Positions 27,898 through 36,963 of a DNA stretch of 39,478 nt are shown here, in pieces. This DNA is from an uncultured Brachyspira sp. Lineage in GTDB: Bacteria > Spirochaetota > Brachyspiria > Brachyspirales > Brachyspiraceae. Within the stretch, counting starts at the first letter, position 1, and each line of letters starts with the position of its first letter. The position numbers and the translations under genes were made by a program. The stretch is from positions 1 to 39,478 of the forward strand of contig CAZRYV010000001.1 in the NCBI GenBank assembly GCA_964604385.1, read 5' to 3'. The notes beneath the pieces were generated by a model. The model saw only the letters and a program-made list of their open reading frames with translations. It was not told the origin of the DNA and searched no databases.

Positions 27898-30588
27898 TTA
27901 TTTAACTTTTATTATCTCATCTAATTTATGTTTTATTATATTTTTTTCATCGCTTCCTACTGTGCTTAACCGTAATAAAGAGATTTCGTATTTTTCGAGA
28001 ATTTCATTTTTTAATTTGTCTCTTTTATTTTGAGCTTTAGATTTTTTATGATAGGTATAACCGTCAACTTCTATGGCAAGAATTGGCTTTTTATCCATTT
28101 TGTTGTATATAATAAAATCAATATGCGTCAATTCGTTGTTTATATAATTTAACTCGTCTTTATTTAATAAATTTGTATTATTTAGAATTCTTGATAAAGG
28201 AATATGAGTAGAGATATCCAAATTGTTATAATAGTTTTTTAATATATTTTTAATTTCATTATATGCTATATTTTCCGAATCGTATGAAGATATTTTCTTT
28301 TTATCCTTAAGATATTGCAATCTAGCTAATCTATTTTCCTTATATAACAAATCAAAAATTGATTTTACATTGCTTTTAACTACTTCAAAATTATTGTATT
28401 TTATATATTTTATCAAATCGTTTATATTACTGTCTTTTTCACATATATCGCTTGAAACCACAAGCCTTAAAAAATTTTTAGAACGAGTTATTGCAACATT
28501 CAACATTTTTGGGTCGTCAATAAATTCGCTTATTTGATTATTAACGGTTGTGATTATAATGGAGTCTTTTTCTCTCCCTTGATATTTATGAACCGTATCT
28601 ACCTGTATATTTTCATTATTTATAGAGTCTTTCAAATGAATTTTTTGTTCGTTATAAGGCGAAACTATGCCTATTTCTTCACCGCTTAATTTTTGTTTTA
28701 ATTCGGGCATAATTTCTTTATTTATAACATCGATTTGCCTTTGATTATAATGTCCTCTTGCATGGCTGCCTTTAGCCGTAATATAAACTTTCATTACATC
28801 TTTTTCGCCTCTATCCTCCGTTAAAATTATAAGTTCGTTATTATAGAATTTTTTATTGCAGAAATCTATTATTTTAGGATGGCATCTATAATGTTCTTTA
28901 AGCAATACTTTATTTACATATTTAAGAGATTCTATTACGGAAGTTAGAAAACTCTGTTTTATATAATCATAACTTGGGTTTATATTATATTTTTCTGATA
29001 ATTTTTTTATTTCGCATATAATATCTGAAGAAATAACATTCGGCAATTGTTTTCTATCTCCCACTATCACCGCATTTTTGGCATTATATAATGCTAAAGC
29101 TCCCGTAACCAAATCGACTTGCGAAGCCTCGTCAATTATAAGATAATCGAATTTATAATTCTTACTCAAGCAATTTCCTATTGAATAAGTCGTGCTGAAT
29201 ATTATTGGATATTCGAATATGAACTCTTTAGAGTTTTTATATAAATCTTTTGATGTGAAAATTTTTCTTGTATTTTTACTCTCATATTTATTTTTTAAGT
29301 ATGTTTTTAATATAGAAATAGAATTATTTTTTAAAGTTTCAATGATATTATTTTTATTCAATATTTCCAATTTCTTACTGTCCTCTTCTATAGCGGTATT
29401 TAATTCATTTTTTTTAATCGTATAATATATTTGGTCATAAACATTAATAATCTCTTGCATTGGTTTTTTATAAAATTTGAAATCTCCTATACCGTATAAT
29501 AATACTAATTTTAATTTCAAAAATATGCTTATTCTTTTTATTTCTTCCAACCTGATTTTTACATTAATTATTTTTTTAGAATTTAAAGAATTTATATTTC
29601 TTATTTTAGGAAGTTTTGATGTATTTTCTTGATTCGTAAAATGTTCAATCTCTATTTTTAATTCGCTTAATATATTTTTATTTATCGCTATATTGTTTTG
29701 AAGCGTAAATAGTTCGTTCAATTTTTCTATTAATTCTTTATTTTTATTTGGCTCTAATTTTATTTCATTATACTCAAAATCGGGATATAATCCGCTTTGA
29801 TTTTGAATAAAATTTTCTTTATTTTCAATCTTTCCTAAAGTTGCGCAAATATAATCAAATCCATGTTGTTGCAATTTTTCAAATACATTTGCGGTAGCAG
29901 AATTATTATTTGATACTACGGCTACGCTTTTATCGTTATATATGAGATTAGCTATAATATTTAATATAGTCTGCGTTTTTCCCGTTCCGGGCGGTCCTTC
30001 GATTACGCTTATTTGATTATCCATAGCGTTTTTAACCGCTTGATATTGCGATTGATTTATTCCAAAAGGAAATAATAAAACAGAATCATGCTCTTTCCGT
30101 TTTTCAGGTTTTATATTTGGATTTAAATATAAATATAAAGCGGTATCTTTTTCTACAAATGAAATTTTTTGATAAGCTTTATTTAATAAGGATTCGCCTT
30201 CATCCGTTTTAATGCTTACTATATTTGAAATATCTTTAAAATAATCAAATGCATTATTATTTATTTTAGAGCAGCTGCTTTTTAATGAATTCGAAGTTGT
30301 TATTTTTGTAGAACCGTCATTAAAAAATATTTTATAATATGAATCAAATTTTAAAATTTTATTTATATTGAATAAATTTCCGCCATTAAATTCGACTTGA
30401 TTATCAATATTTGTTGGATTTTTAAAAATCTTAAAATTATTTTTCGTATAAGGATATAGATTAACATTATTAAAAAATTTTACTTTTATAATATTGCCGT
30501 AATTCTTATAATTTTCAATATCTTTACTTCTATCTTTAAATTTTCCTTCTTTATCTCTTAAAAGTATTAGATATTTTTCTATGTCCAT
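27898..30588 (-). CDS. UPF1/DNA2-like SF1 helicase fused to C-terminal DUF2726/Vsr-like nuclease domain
   Basis: Helicase motifs NQSQ, EGPPGTGKT, IIDEASQ, VGDRKQL, EHYRCHPKII, TVHKYQGREKD and NVAITR; C-terminal HIDF...AIEVDGYTYH...RDKLKN.IL. Confidence 0.88.
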   Translation of the reverse strand: MDIEKYLILLRDKEGKFKDRSKDIENYKNYGNIIKVKFFNNVNLYPYTKNNFKIFKNPTNIDNQVEFNGGNLFNINKILKFDSYYKIFFNDGSTKITTSNSLKSSCSKINNNAFDYFKDISNIVSIKTDEGESLLNKAYQKISFVEKDTALYLYLNPNIKPEKRKEHDSVLLFPFGINQSQYQAVKNAMDNQISVIEGPPGTGKTQTILNIIANLIYNDKSVAVVSNNNSATANVFEKLQQHGFDYICATLGKIENKENFIQNQSGLYPDFEYNEIKLEPNKNKELIEKLNELFTLQNNIAINKNILSELKIEIEHFTNQENTSKLPKIRNINSLNSKKIINVKIRLEEIKRISIFLKLKLVLLYGIGDFKFYKKPMQEIINVYDQIYYTIKKNELNTAIEEDSKKLEILNKNNIIETLKNNSISILKTYLKNKYESKNTRKIFTSKDLYKNSKEFIFEYPIIFSTTYSIGNCLSKNYKFDYLIIDEASQVDLVTGALALYNAKNAVIVGDRKQLPNVISSDIICEIKKLSEKYNINPSYDYIKQSFLTSVIESLKYVNKVLLKEHYRCHPKIIDFCNKKFYNNELIILTEDRGEKDVMKVYITAKGSHARGHYNQRQIDVINKEIMPELKQKLSGEEIGIVSPYNEQKIHLKDSINNENIQVDTVHKYQGREKDSIIITTVNNQISEFIDDPKMLNVAITRSKNFLRLVVSSDICEKDSNINDLIKYIKYNNFEVVKSNVKSIFDLLYKENRLARLQYLKDKKKISSYDSENIAYNEIKNILKNYYNNLDISTHIPLSRILNNTNLLNKDELNYINNELTHIDFIIYNKMDKKPILAIEVDGYTYHKKSKAQNKRDKLKNEILEKYEISLLRLSTVGSDEKNIIKHKLDEIIKVK

Positions 30589-30870
30589 AATATAGCCTTA
30601 TTAGTATTATTTATTTATAAAATTTAATATTTTTTACAACTTTAACTAAAAAAGAAACTGTAAAAACCATAAATGATTTTAGGCAAATTAATAAACATAA
30701 TAAAATATTTATTGCAAGTCGATTGTATTGTTATAAATCGTTATATTTCATTTCGTTTATTATAATCAATATGTAAAAAAGATTATATTTAATTATAATA
30801 AATGTCAATAGCTAAAAAATCGAAATTTAATTTTTATTTAAATATTAAAAACAATATAAAAACAATTAAT

Positions 30871-30914
30871 AAAAAATAAAGACTCTCGTAAAATAAATTA
30901 CGAAAGCCCTTATT
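30871..30914 (-). terminator. Rho-independent terminator of adhE
   Basis: Minus strand AAGGGCTTTCGTAA...TTACGAGAGTCTTT (with G-U pairs), then ATTTTTT. Confidence 0.75.
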
Positions 30915-30956
30915 TCTATTATTCTTTATATTAAAAATAAATTAATTAAAACAAAT

Positions 30957-33560
30957 TTAACAAACGCCGTTATACGCATCTAAATATATTTGTTTTAATT
31001 CTTTCATCAAAGGATAAACAGGGTTAGCGCCCGTGCATTGGTCGTTAAATGCCTGTTCAACCATATCGTCAAGTTTATCGTTAAATTCTTTTTCCGAAAT
31101 GCCATAATCTTTTATAGACAAAGGTATATCTAATTGTTTTTTAAGATTGTTTATAGCCTTTATCAAATTAGCTACTTTTTCATTTTCGTTTCTTCCGCCA
31201 AGTTCTATCAAATCCGCAACCGCCGCATATCGCTGTCTCGCATGAGGATATTTATATTGAGGGAATAAACCTTGTTTTGTAGGTTTTTCGTCCGAATTAT
31301 ATTTTACTACCTGACATATTAATAAAGCGTTTGCAAAACCATGAGGAATATTGAAAGCTGCTCCAAGTTTGTGAGCCATAGAATGACAAATTCCCAAGAA
31401 AGCGTTTGCAAAAGACATGCCCGCGATAGAAGCCGCATAATGCATATATTCCCTAGCTTGAGGATTATTTGCTCCGTCTTTATACGAGTCTGGCAAATAT
31501 TTAAAAATCAATTTAATAGCTTTTTCTGCATTTGAATTTGAAAACTCCGTAGACATTATCGAAGCGTAAGCCTCCAAAGCATGCGTTAAGGAATCTATAC
31601 CGCTTGCCGCACATAAACTTTTAGGCATAGTCATAACCAAATTTGCGTCAAGTATAGCCATATTAGGAGTCAAAGCGTAATCTGCTATAGGGTATTTTAT
31701 ATGAGTGGCGTCGTCAGTTATAACCGCAAAAGGAGTAGTTTCCGAACCTGTTCCGCTTGTCGTAGGAATCGCTACGAATTGAGCTTTTTTACCCAATGTT
31801 CCCGCATCGCATATTCTCTTTCTTATATCCATAAACACCATCGCTATATCTTCAAATTTAACATCTGGGTTTTCGTATAATAACCAAGCTATTTTGCCCG
31901 CGTCTATAGGAGAACCTCCTCCTAAAGATATAATTAAATCAGGTTCAAAAGCGTTTGCGGTTTTTAATATATCCATAACCAAACTTATTGTAGGGTCCGG
32001 TTTAACATCGGAAAATACGGTATATCTTACTCCTATATCGTCCAATACTTTTGTAACATTGTCAGTAATACCCAATTTATACAGAGGACCGTCCGTTATA
32101 ATGAGCGCTCTCTTCTTATCGGCAAATTCTCTTAAAGCGACATCCAACGAGCCTCTTTTCAAATAAATTTTTGGCGGAACTCTATACCATAACATATTTT
32201 CTCTCCTTGAAGCTACGGATTTTATATTTAAAAGATGTTTAACTCCCACATTTTCGCTCGTGGAATTTCCTCCCCAACTTCCGCATCCCAAAGTTAAAGA
32301 AGGTTCTAATCTAAAGTTATATACATCTCCTATAGCGCCCTGTGATGAAGGCATATTTACAAGTATTCTTCCCGTAGGCATTTTTTTGTAAAATTTTTCT
32401 ATTCTTTCTTTTTGATTATCTTCGTCCGTGTATAATACGGAAGTATGTCCCAAACCTCCGAACACTACCAAGTTATGAGCCTTATTCAAAGCGTCTTCAA
32501 AATTATCCGCTTTATACATAGCCAAAACGGGCGATAATTTTTCGTAAGAGAAAGCTTCGTCTCTGCTTATAGAATTCGCTTCCCCTATAAGAATTTTTGT
32601 TTCTTTTGGAACTGTTATTCCCGCCATTTTCGCTATAACATAAGCGGGCTGTCCAACTATTTTTGCATTCAAAGCGCCGTTTATTATTATTACTTTGCTT
32701 ATTTTCGCTTTTTCTTCTCTGTTTAAAAGATAAGCTCCTCTGTAGATAAATTCTTTTTTTACTTCTTCATAAACGCTTTTTAAAACCACTACCGATTGTT
32801 CGCTTGCGCATATCATACCGTTGTCGAAAGTTTTGCTTTGAATAACGGAATTAACAGCCATTTTTATATCTGAAGTTTCGTCTATAATTGCAGGCGTGTT
32901 TCCCGCTCCAACTCCCATAGCCGGTTTTCCGCTCGAATAAGCCTCTCTAACCATTCCCGGTCCGCCCGTTGCAAGTATAAAATTTATATGCGGATGTTTC
33001 ATTAAAGCAGCCGATAATTCAATCGTAGGTTCTTCGATACAACCAATGAGTCCGTCTGGAGCGCCGTTTTCTACTGCAACTTGATTTATTATTTTGCAAA
33101 CTTCGGCTGTGCATTTTTTTGCTCTCGGATGGGGCGAGATAACTATAGCGTTTCTAGTTTTCAAAGTTAATAACGCTTTAAAAGCCGCTGTAGAAGTTGG
33201 GTTGGTAGTCGGAACTACTCCCGCTATTATTCCGATTGGCTCTGCTACTTTTTTTATTCCCATAGCCGTATCTTCTTCTATCGCTCCGCAGGTTTTAGTA
33301 TGTTTATACTTATTATAAATATACTCTGAAGCGAAGTGGTTTTTTATAACCTTATCTTCTACTATTCCCATTCCTGTCTCTTCGCAAGCCATTTTTGCCA
33401 AAGGAATTCTTCTACTGTTTATAGCCATAGCGCACGCTTTAAATATTTCATCAACTTTTTCTTGAGAGAAATCTGCGTAAATTTTTTGCGCTTTTTGAGC
33501 TTTTGATATTAAATCGTCAAGTATAGAATTTCCCGAGTTTCCTTTTACATCTTTACTCAT
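30957..33560 (-). CDS. adhE: Bifunctional acetaldehyde-CoA/alcohol dehydrogenase
   Basis: ALDH half: EDKVIKNHFA, PTTNPTST, LATGGPGMV, FDNGMICASEQ, EKLSP. Fe-ADH half: GGGSPID, PTTSGTGSE, HSMAHKLG...HG.AN. RBS aggag. Confidence 0.98.
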   Translation of the reverse strand: MSKDVKGNSGNSILDDLISKAQKAQKIYADFSQEKVDEIFKACAMAINSRRIPLAKMACEETGMGIVEDKVIKNHFASEYIYNKYKHTKTCGAIEEDTAMGIKKVAEPIGIIAGVVPTTNPTSTAAFKALLTLKTRNAIVISPHPRAKKCTAEVCKIINQVAVENGAPDGLIGCIEEPTIELSAALMKHPHINFILATGGPGMVREAYSSGKPAMGVGAGNTPAIIDETSDIKMAVNSVIQSKTFDNGMICASEQSVVVLKSVYEEVKKEFIYRGAYLLNREEKAKISKVIIINGALNAKIVGQPAYVIAKMAGITVPKETKILIGEANSISRDEAFSYEKLSPVLAMYKADNFEDALNKAHNLVVFGGLGHTSVLYTDEDNQKERIEKFYKKMPTGRILVNMPSSQGAIGDVYNFRLEPSLTLGCGSWGGNSTSENVGVKHLLNIKSVASRRENMLWYRVPPKIYLKRGSLDVALREFADKKRALIITDGPLYKLGITDNVTKVLDDIGVRYTVFSDVKPDPTISLVMDILKTANAFEPDLIISLGGGSPIDAGKIAWLLYENPDVKFEDIAMVFMDIRKRICDAGTLGKKAQFVAIPTTSGTGSETTPFAVITDDATHIKYPIADYALTPNMAILDANLVMTMPKSLCAASGIDSLTHALEAYASIMSTEFSNSNAEKAIKLIFKYLPDSYKDGANNPQAREYMHYAASIAGMSFANAFLGICHSMAHKLGAAFNIPHGFANALLICQVVKYNSDEKPTKQGLFPQYKYPHARQRYAAVADLIELGGRNENEKVANLIKAINNLKKQLDIPLSIKDYGISEKEFNDKLDDMVEQAFNDQCTGANPVYPLMKELKQIYLDAYNGVC

Positions 33561-33579
33561 TTGTGTCTCCTGTAATAAG

Positions 33580-33597
33580 TTATTAATTTTTTAACAT
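33580..33597 (-). promoter_or_regulatory. Putative Rex operator
   Basis: Minus strand ATGTTAA-AAAA-TTAATAA, 2 mismatches to TTGTTAA-N4-TTAACAA, just upstream of the adhE RBS; the AT-rich background weakens the call. Confidence 0.5.
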
Positions 33598-33795
33598 TAA
33601 TTTTACAATAAATAATTAAAAAAGTAAATAGTTTTATTATAATAAATAACAATAAAAATAAAGAAAAGGAATAAAATAATTATAAGTTAATATTAATTAA
33701 ATACTAATTTAATCTATTTTTCACACAGTTATAATTGATTTGATAAATGATTATAATTATATATTTATCATTTTATAATTTTGAAAAGAAATATT

Positions 33796-36582
33796 TTACC
33801 AAGACATTTTATAACCAAAACCGAAATAAAAATCGTTAATTGAAATTTTTTGAAACTTTTCTATTTTATTCGGTATTTTTAATGCAAGCGATATATAAGG
33901 TTCTCCCGTTATTATATTATAAGGTATAATCGGAATGCTCGCCTTTGTTCCGACTTTTACCGCTACGGAATGCATATAATCTTTATCGTAATAAGAAAAT
34001 CTGTAAGACAAAGAAGCAAAAAAATTATCAAAATAAATATGACTCAAATTAAATTGCGAATCAATAAAACCTAAAAGTTCTATATCTCCCGCCAAAAAAT
34101 AATTGTCCATAAGATTTTTTTGTAAAGCGTAAGAATGAAATTCATCAGGAGCGTTTACATATTTTGTCCCGAATACTTTAGAAGCGCCGTCAAAAGAAAC
34201 TATGCCGCTTAAAACATAAGCTCCGTAAAAACTCATTCTTATCGGAATATATCTCGTTTGAAATTGAGATTTAAAATCAAAACCAAATCTGTTATATTTT
34301 ACGGAATACATTGGATATAAAGATATTTTTACTAAATCGTCTCTGTAAGGCTTGTCCGCTCCTGCTCTAAAAACAAAAGAAGTTTGTAAAGAGGTTACAA
34401 AAGTCCAAGTATCGTATTTCCACTTGAAAGCGCTCGATATATAATTTGGAATTTGATTTTCTGAAAATAATGCTCCGTATATTTGAGGGACTAAAACAAA
34501 AGCCGCTTTATCGCTTTCGGTATAAAGTTTGAACTCCATATTAAGCGAAGAACTTAACTGCCAATAATTATAAACCGAATAAACGACTTTGCTGTCGAAA
34601 CTAAAATTTAAAGGATATAATAAACTATAGGAAGTAAGCATAAATTCCGTTTGTAAAAATAACGAAGGAATATCCAAACCCAACCATAAATTTGCCGAAT
34701 TGTTTCGGGAAGGAGACGCCATATAAGAAAATACTCCGATTCCGTTTATAAAATATGGGAAAGATGTATTCATTTGAGGAAGCGGCGCCCAAGTGGAAAA
34801 AGGTTTTATATATTTAAATTGATTATAATTTCCAATCTCCATTTCGGGAACAAAATTATATTTTTCAATAGTTTTTGAAGTTAGGGAAAAATTTTTTGTT
34901 TGAGGTTTTACGGTTTCGTCAAATTTCATTAATCTGTCGTATTCTGAAAATTTACCCTTATAATAAATCGAATCTGCGGCATAAACGGGAGAAATCACTC
35001 CGCCTGAAAAATCTTTATCGTAAAATTTTATGCTATTGTTATTTAAATCCAACTCTCCTAATTTATAAAATCTGTCGTTATCGTTGTAAGAAAATAAAAG
35101 TTTACTGTTTGAATATTTTAAATATCTTACATAATTTAAACTGTCATCTCCACTATTTACATATCTTAAAGTTTTTGTTTCATAATTAAAAATTGCAATG
35201 CGTCTTATTCCGTAGTCGGAAACTATTAAAGCTATATTGTTATCGTCTATAATCGTAGGAGAAGAATAAGAATAATTATCGTTTGCATTAAGCAGAATTT
35301 CTTTATTGTCGTTTTCGTCAATATAAATCAAAATGGAATTATGCAAATCTTTTCCTACTGCGATAATTCCGTTTCTAAAAAATCTTGCATACTGAATATC
35401 CGTCCATTTTCTTTTCGTTCTTTTCCTTTTTTCCAAATCGTATTCTTTGACTATATATTTATAAAGTCCAGCGTTATAAGTTTTGGAAACAATTAAAGCT
35501 CTTTTGCCGTCTGAAGATATATCCAAACTTTCGGAAGTTTTGTCGATATGGAATTCAAATTTTAAATCTTTTTTTCTATTTTTTCTATTTTCGTTTCTGT
35601 TTTCATTTGTATTATATTTATTTTCTTTATAGGAATAAAGCGCTCCGATATTATTGTCTATATAATATAAAGTATCGTTATACGAAGCCAAATCTCCGAT
35701 ATAGGTTTCTTTATCGTTTACTCTAAACTCTTCGCTCGGATTTATATTTTCAAGCGTTAGAGAATTTTGAAAATCTCCCCATACTTCAATAAAATTAATG
35801 TTGTAAACTTTTTTAAACGCTCCGTAAAAACCCGAATTATAAATTAGAAACGAAAAAGATAATTTTTTTCGCATTACATTCCATAATTCGTTATATTTTT
35901 CCATACCGAATCTTTCCTGTAAATATTTTGAAAAAAGTCCTCCGTATAAATAATAATAATCGAACGGTCTTTTGCTCCAAACATCGCTTAATTGTATTGG
36001 AGTTTTGAATTTTCCTTCGTATATGTCCTGTCTTAATGTTTGTTTAACGAAAGGGTCGTTCGCTCGCCCAAAACCTTTATAACTTTCCATACTCACGCCT
36101 ATTCCTTCGAGCATAAAAATCGGAGTATTGAAAAATAACATAGAAGCCCAATTCCCCAATACTCTTGTTGAAAATCCCGCATTTTCAGAAGCCAAACTTA
36201 ATAAATGAGTGAGTTCATGAATAAAAGTTCCTTTAAAGTTATCTGCATCTAAAGTCGTTTCCCCGCTTTCCGTAGTGTCGAATAAAACCATAGCGGGATA
36301 AGGAAGCGGAGTAGCCCAAGCGTTAAATATATTCATATCGGGAGTTATTGTAATCGGAATTTTTCCATAAACTTCACTATTTAAAATCGTAGAATATTCT
36401 TTATATATATCATCCGCTATTTTCGCTAATTTTTCGGCTGTTCTTCTCGATTCCAAAGGAAATATGATTTCAAATTTTTCGGTTTGAATCGTGTGTAATT
36501 TTCTAAATGGTTTGAAAATCACATTTTGGGAATAGGATAATTCAAATATAATTAAAAAAAGCAATATTATAAATTTATTCAT
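33796..36582 (-). CDS. Large exported protein: zincin-like HExxH domain + probable beta-propeller + probable C-terminal OM beta-barrel
   Basis: Signal peptide; FIHELTH...MLEGIG gluzincin pattern; TolB-like repeats (LDISSDGKRAL, YSSPTI, ISPVY); C-terminal FYFGFGYKMSW with terminal aromatic residue. Confidence 0.65.
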   Translation of the reverse strand: MNKFIILLFLIIFELSYSQNVIFKPFRKLHTIQTEKFEIIFPLESRRTAEKLAKIADDIYKEYSTILNSEVYGKIPITITPDMNIFNAWATPLPYPAMVLFDTTESGETTLDADNFKGTFIHELTHLLSLASENAGFSTRVLGNWASMLFFNTPIFMLEGIGVSMESYKGFGRANDPFVKQTLRQDIYEGKFKTPIQLSDVWSKRPFDYYYLYGGLFSKYLQERFGMEKYNELWNVMRKKLSFSFLIYNSGFYGAFKKVYNINFIEVWGDFQNSLTLENINPSEEFRVNDKETYIGDLASYNDTLYYIDNNIGALYSYKENKYNTNENRNENRKNRKKDLKFEFHIDKTSESLDISSDGKRALIVSKTYNAGLYKYIVKEYDLEKRKRTKRKWTDIQYARFFRNGIIAVGKDLHNSILIYIDENDNKEILLNANDNYSYSSPTIIDDNNIALIVSDYGIRRIAIFNYETKTLRYVNSGDDSLNYVRYLKYSNSKLLFSYNDNDRFYKLGELDLNNNSIKFYDKDFSGGVISPVYAADSIYYKGKFSEYDRLMKFDETVKPQTKNFSLTSKTIEKYNFVPEMEIGNYNQFKYIKPFSTWAPLPQMNTSFPYFINGIGVFSYMASPSRNNSANLWLGLDIPSLFLQTEFMLTSYSLLYPLNFSFDSKVVYSVYNYWQLSSSLNMEFKLYTESDKAAFVLVPQIYGALFSENQIPNYISSAFKWKYDTWTFVTSLQTSFVFRAGADKPYRDDLVKISLYPMYSVKYNRFGFDFKSQFQTRYIPIRMSFYGAYVLSGIVSFDGASKVFGTKYVNAPDEFHSYALQKNLMDNYFLAGDIELLGFIDSQFNLSHIYFDNFFASLSYRFSYYDKDYMHSVAVKVGTKASIPIIPYNIITGEPYISLALKIPNKIEKFQKISINDFYFGFGYKMSW

Positions 36583-36588
36583 ATTTAA

Positions 36589-36597
36589 ATAATAACA
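36589..36597 (-). promoter_or_regulatory. Extended -10 promoter, probably leaderless
   Basis: TG-T-TATTAT followed by 6 nt and then the ATG at 36582; no SD. Confidence 0.5.
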
Positions 36598-36963
36598 AAA
36601 TTTTTAATAAATTTGTAGTTTTTAATATATCGTAAATATTTTTTATTTTTATTTTATCTCTATCTCTGTTTTATTATTTATTATTAAATTTTATATAATA
36701 TTAAATTTCGTATAATCATCAAGAAATTTGAAATTCAAAACCTAAATAAACATTATAAAAAGCATTTTTTATTATAGATTTTTTGTATATATTTTTCAAG
36801 TATTTTAATTTTAGTATAAATTTTAATATAAAAGTTTCTATATAGAGTATTGATATTTTATTTATTTTTATATATTATCTTTGGTAATAATTTAAATATT
36901 TTTATTATAAAATTTTATAAAAAATTTATTATATAAAATTTATTAAAAAATAAGGAGTAAAAT

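Noticed and set aside
27867-30622. 14-bp inverted match TTTTATAAATAAAT flanking the helicase-nuclease gene
   Set aside because: A/T-only sequence expected by chance at this composition; no transposase or target-site duplication.
35570-35610. Short degenerate tandem repeat encoding NENRNENRKNRKK
   Set aside because: In-frame loop expansion; too short and irregular to imply a mechanism.
36590-36960. Long intergenic region upstream of the MetPS-like transporter as a riboswitch or T-box
   Set aside because: Almost entirely A/T, with no SAM-box or T-box consensus and no stable hairpins visible.
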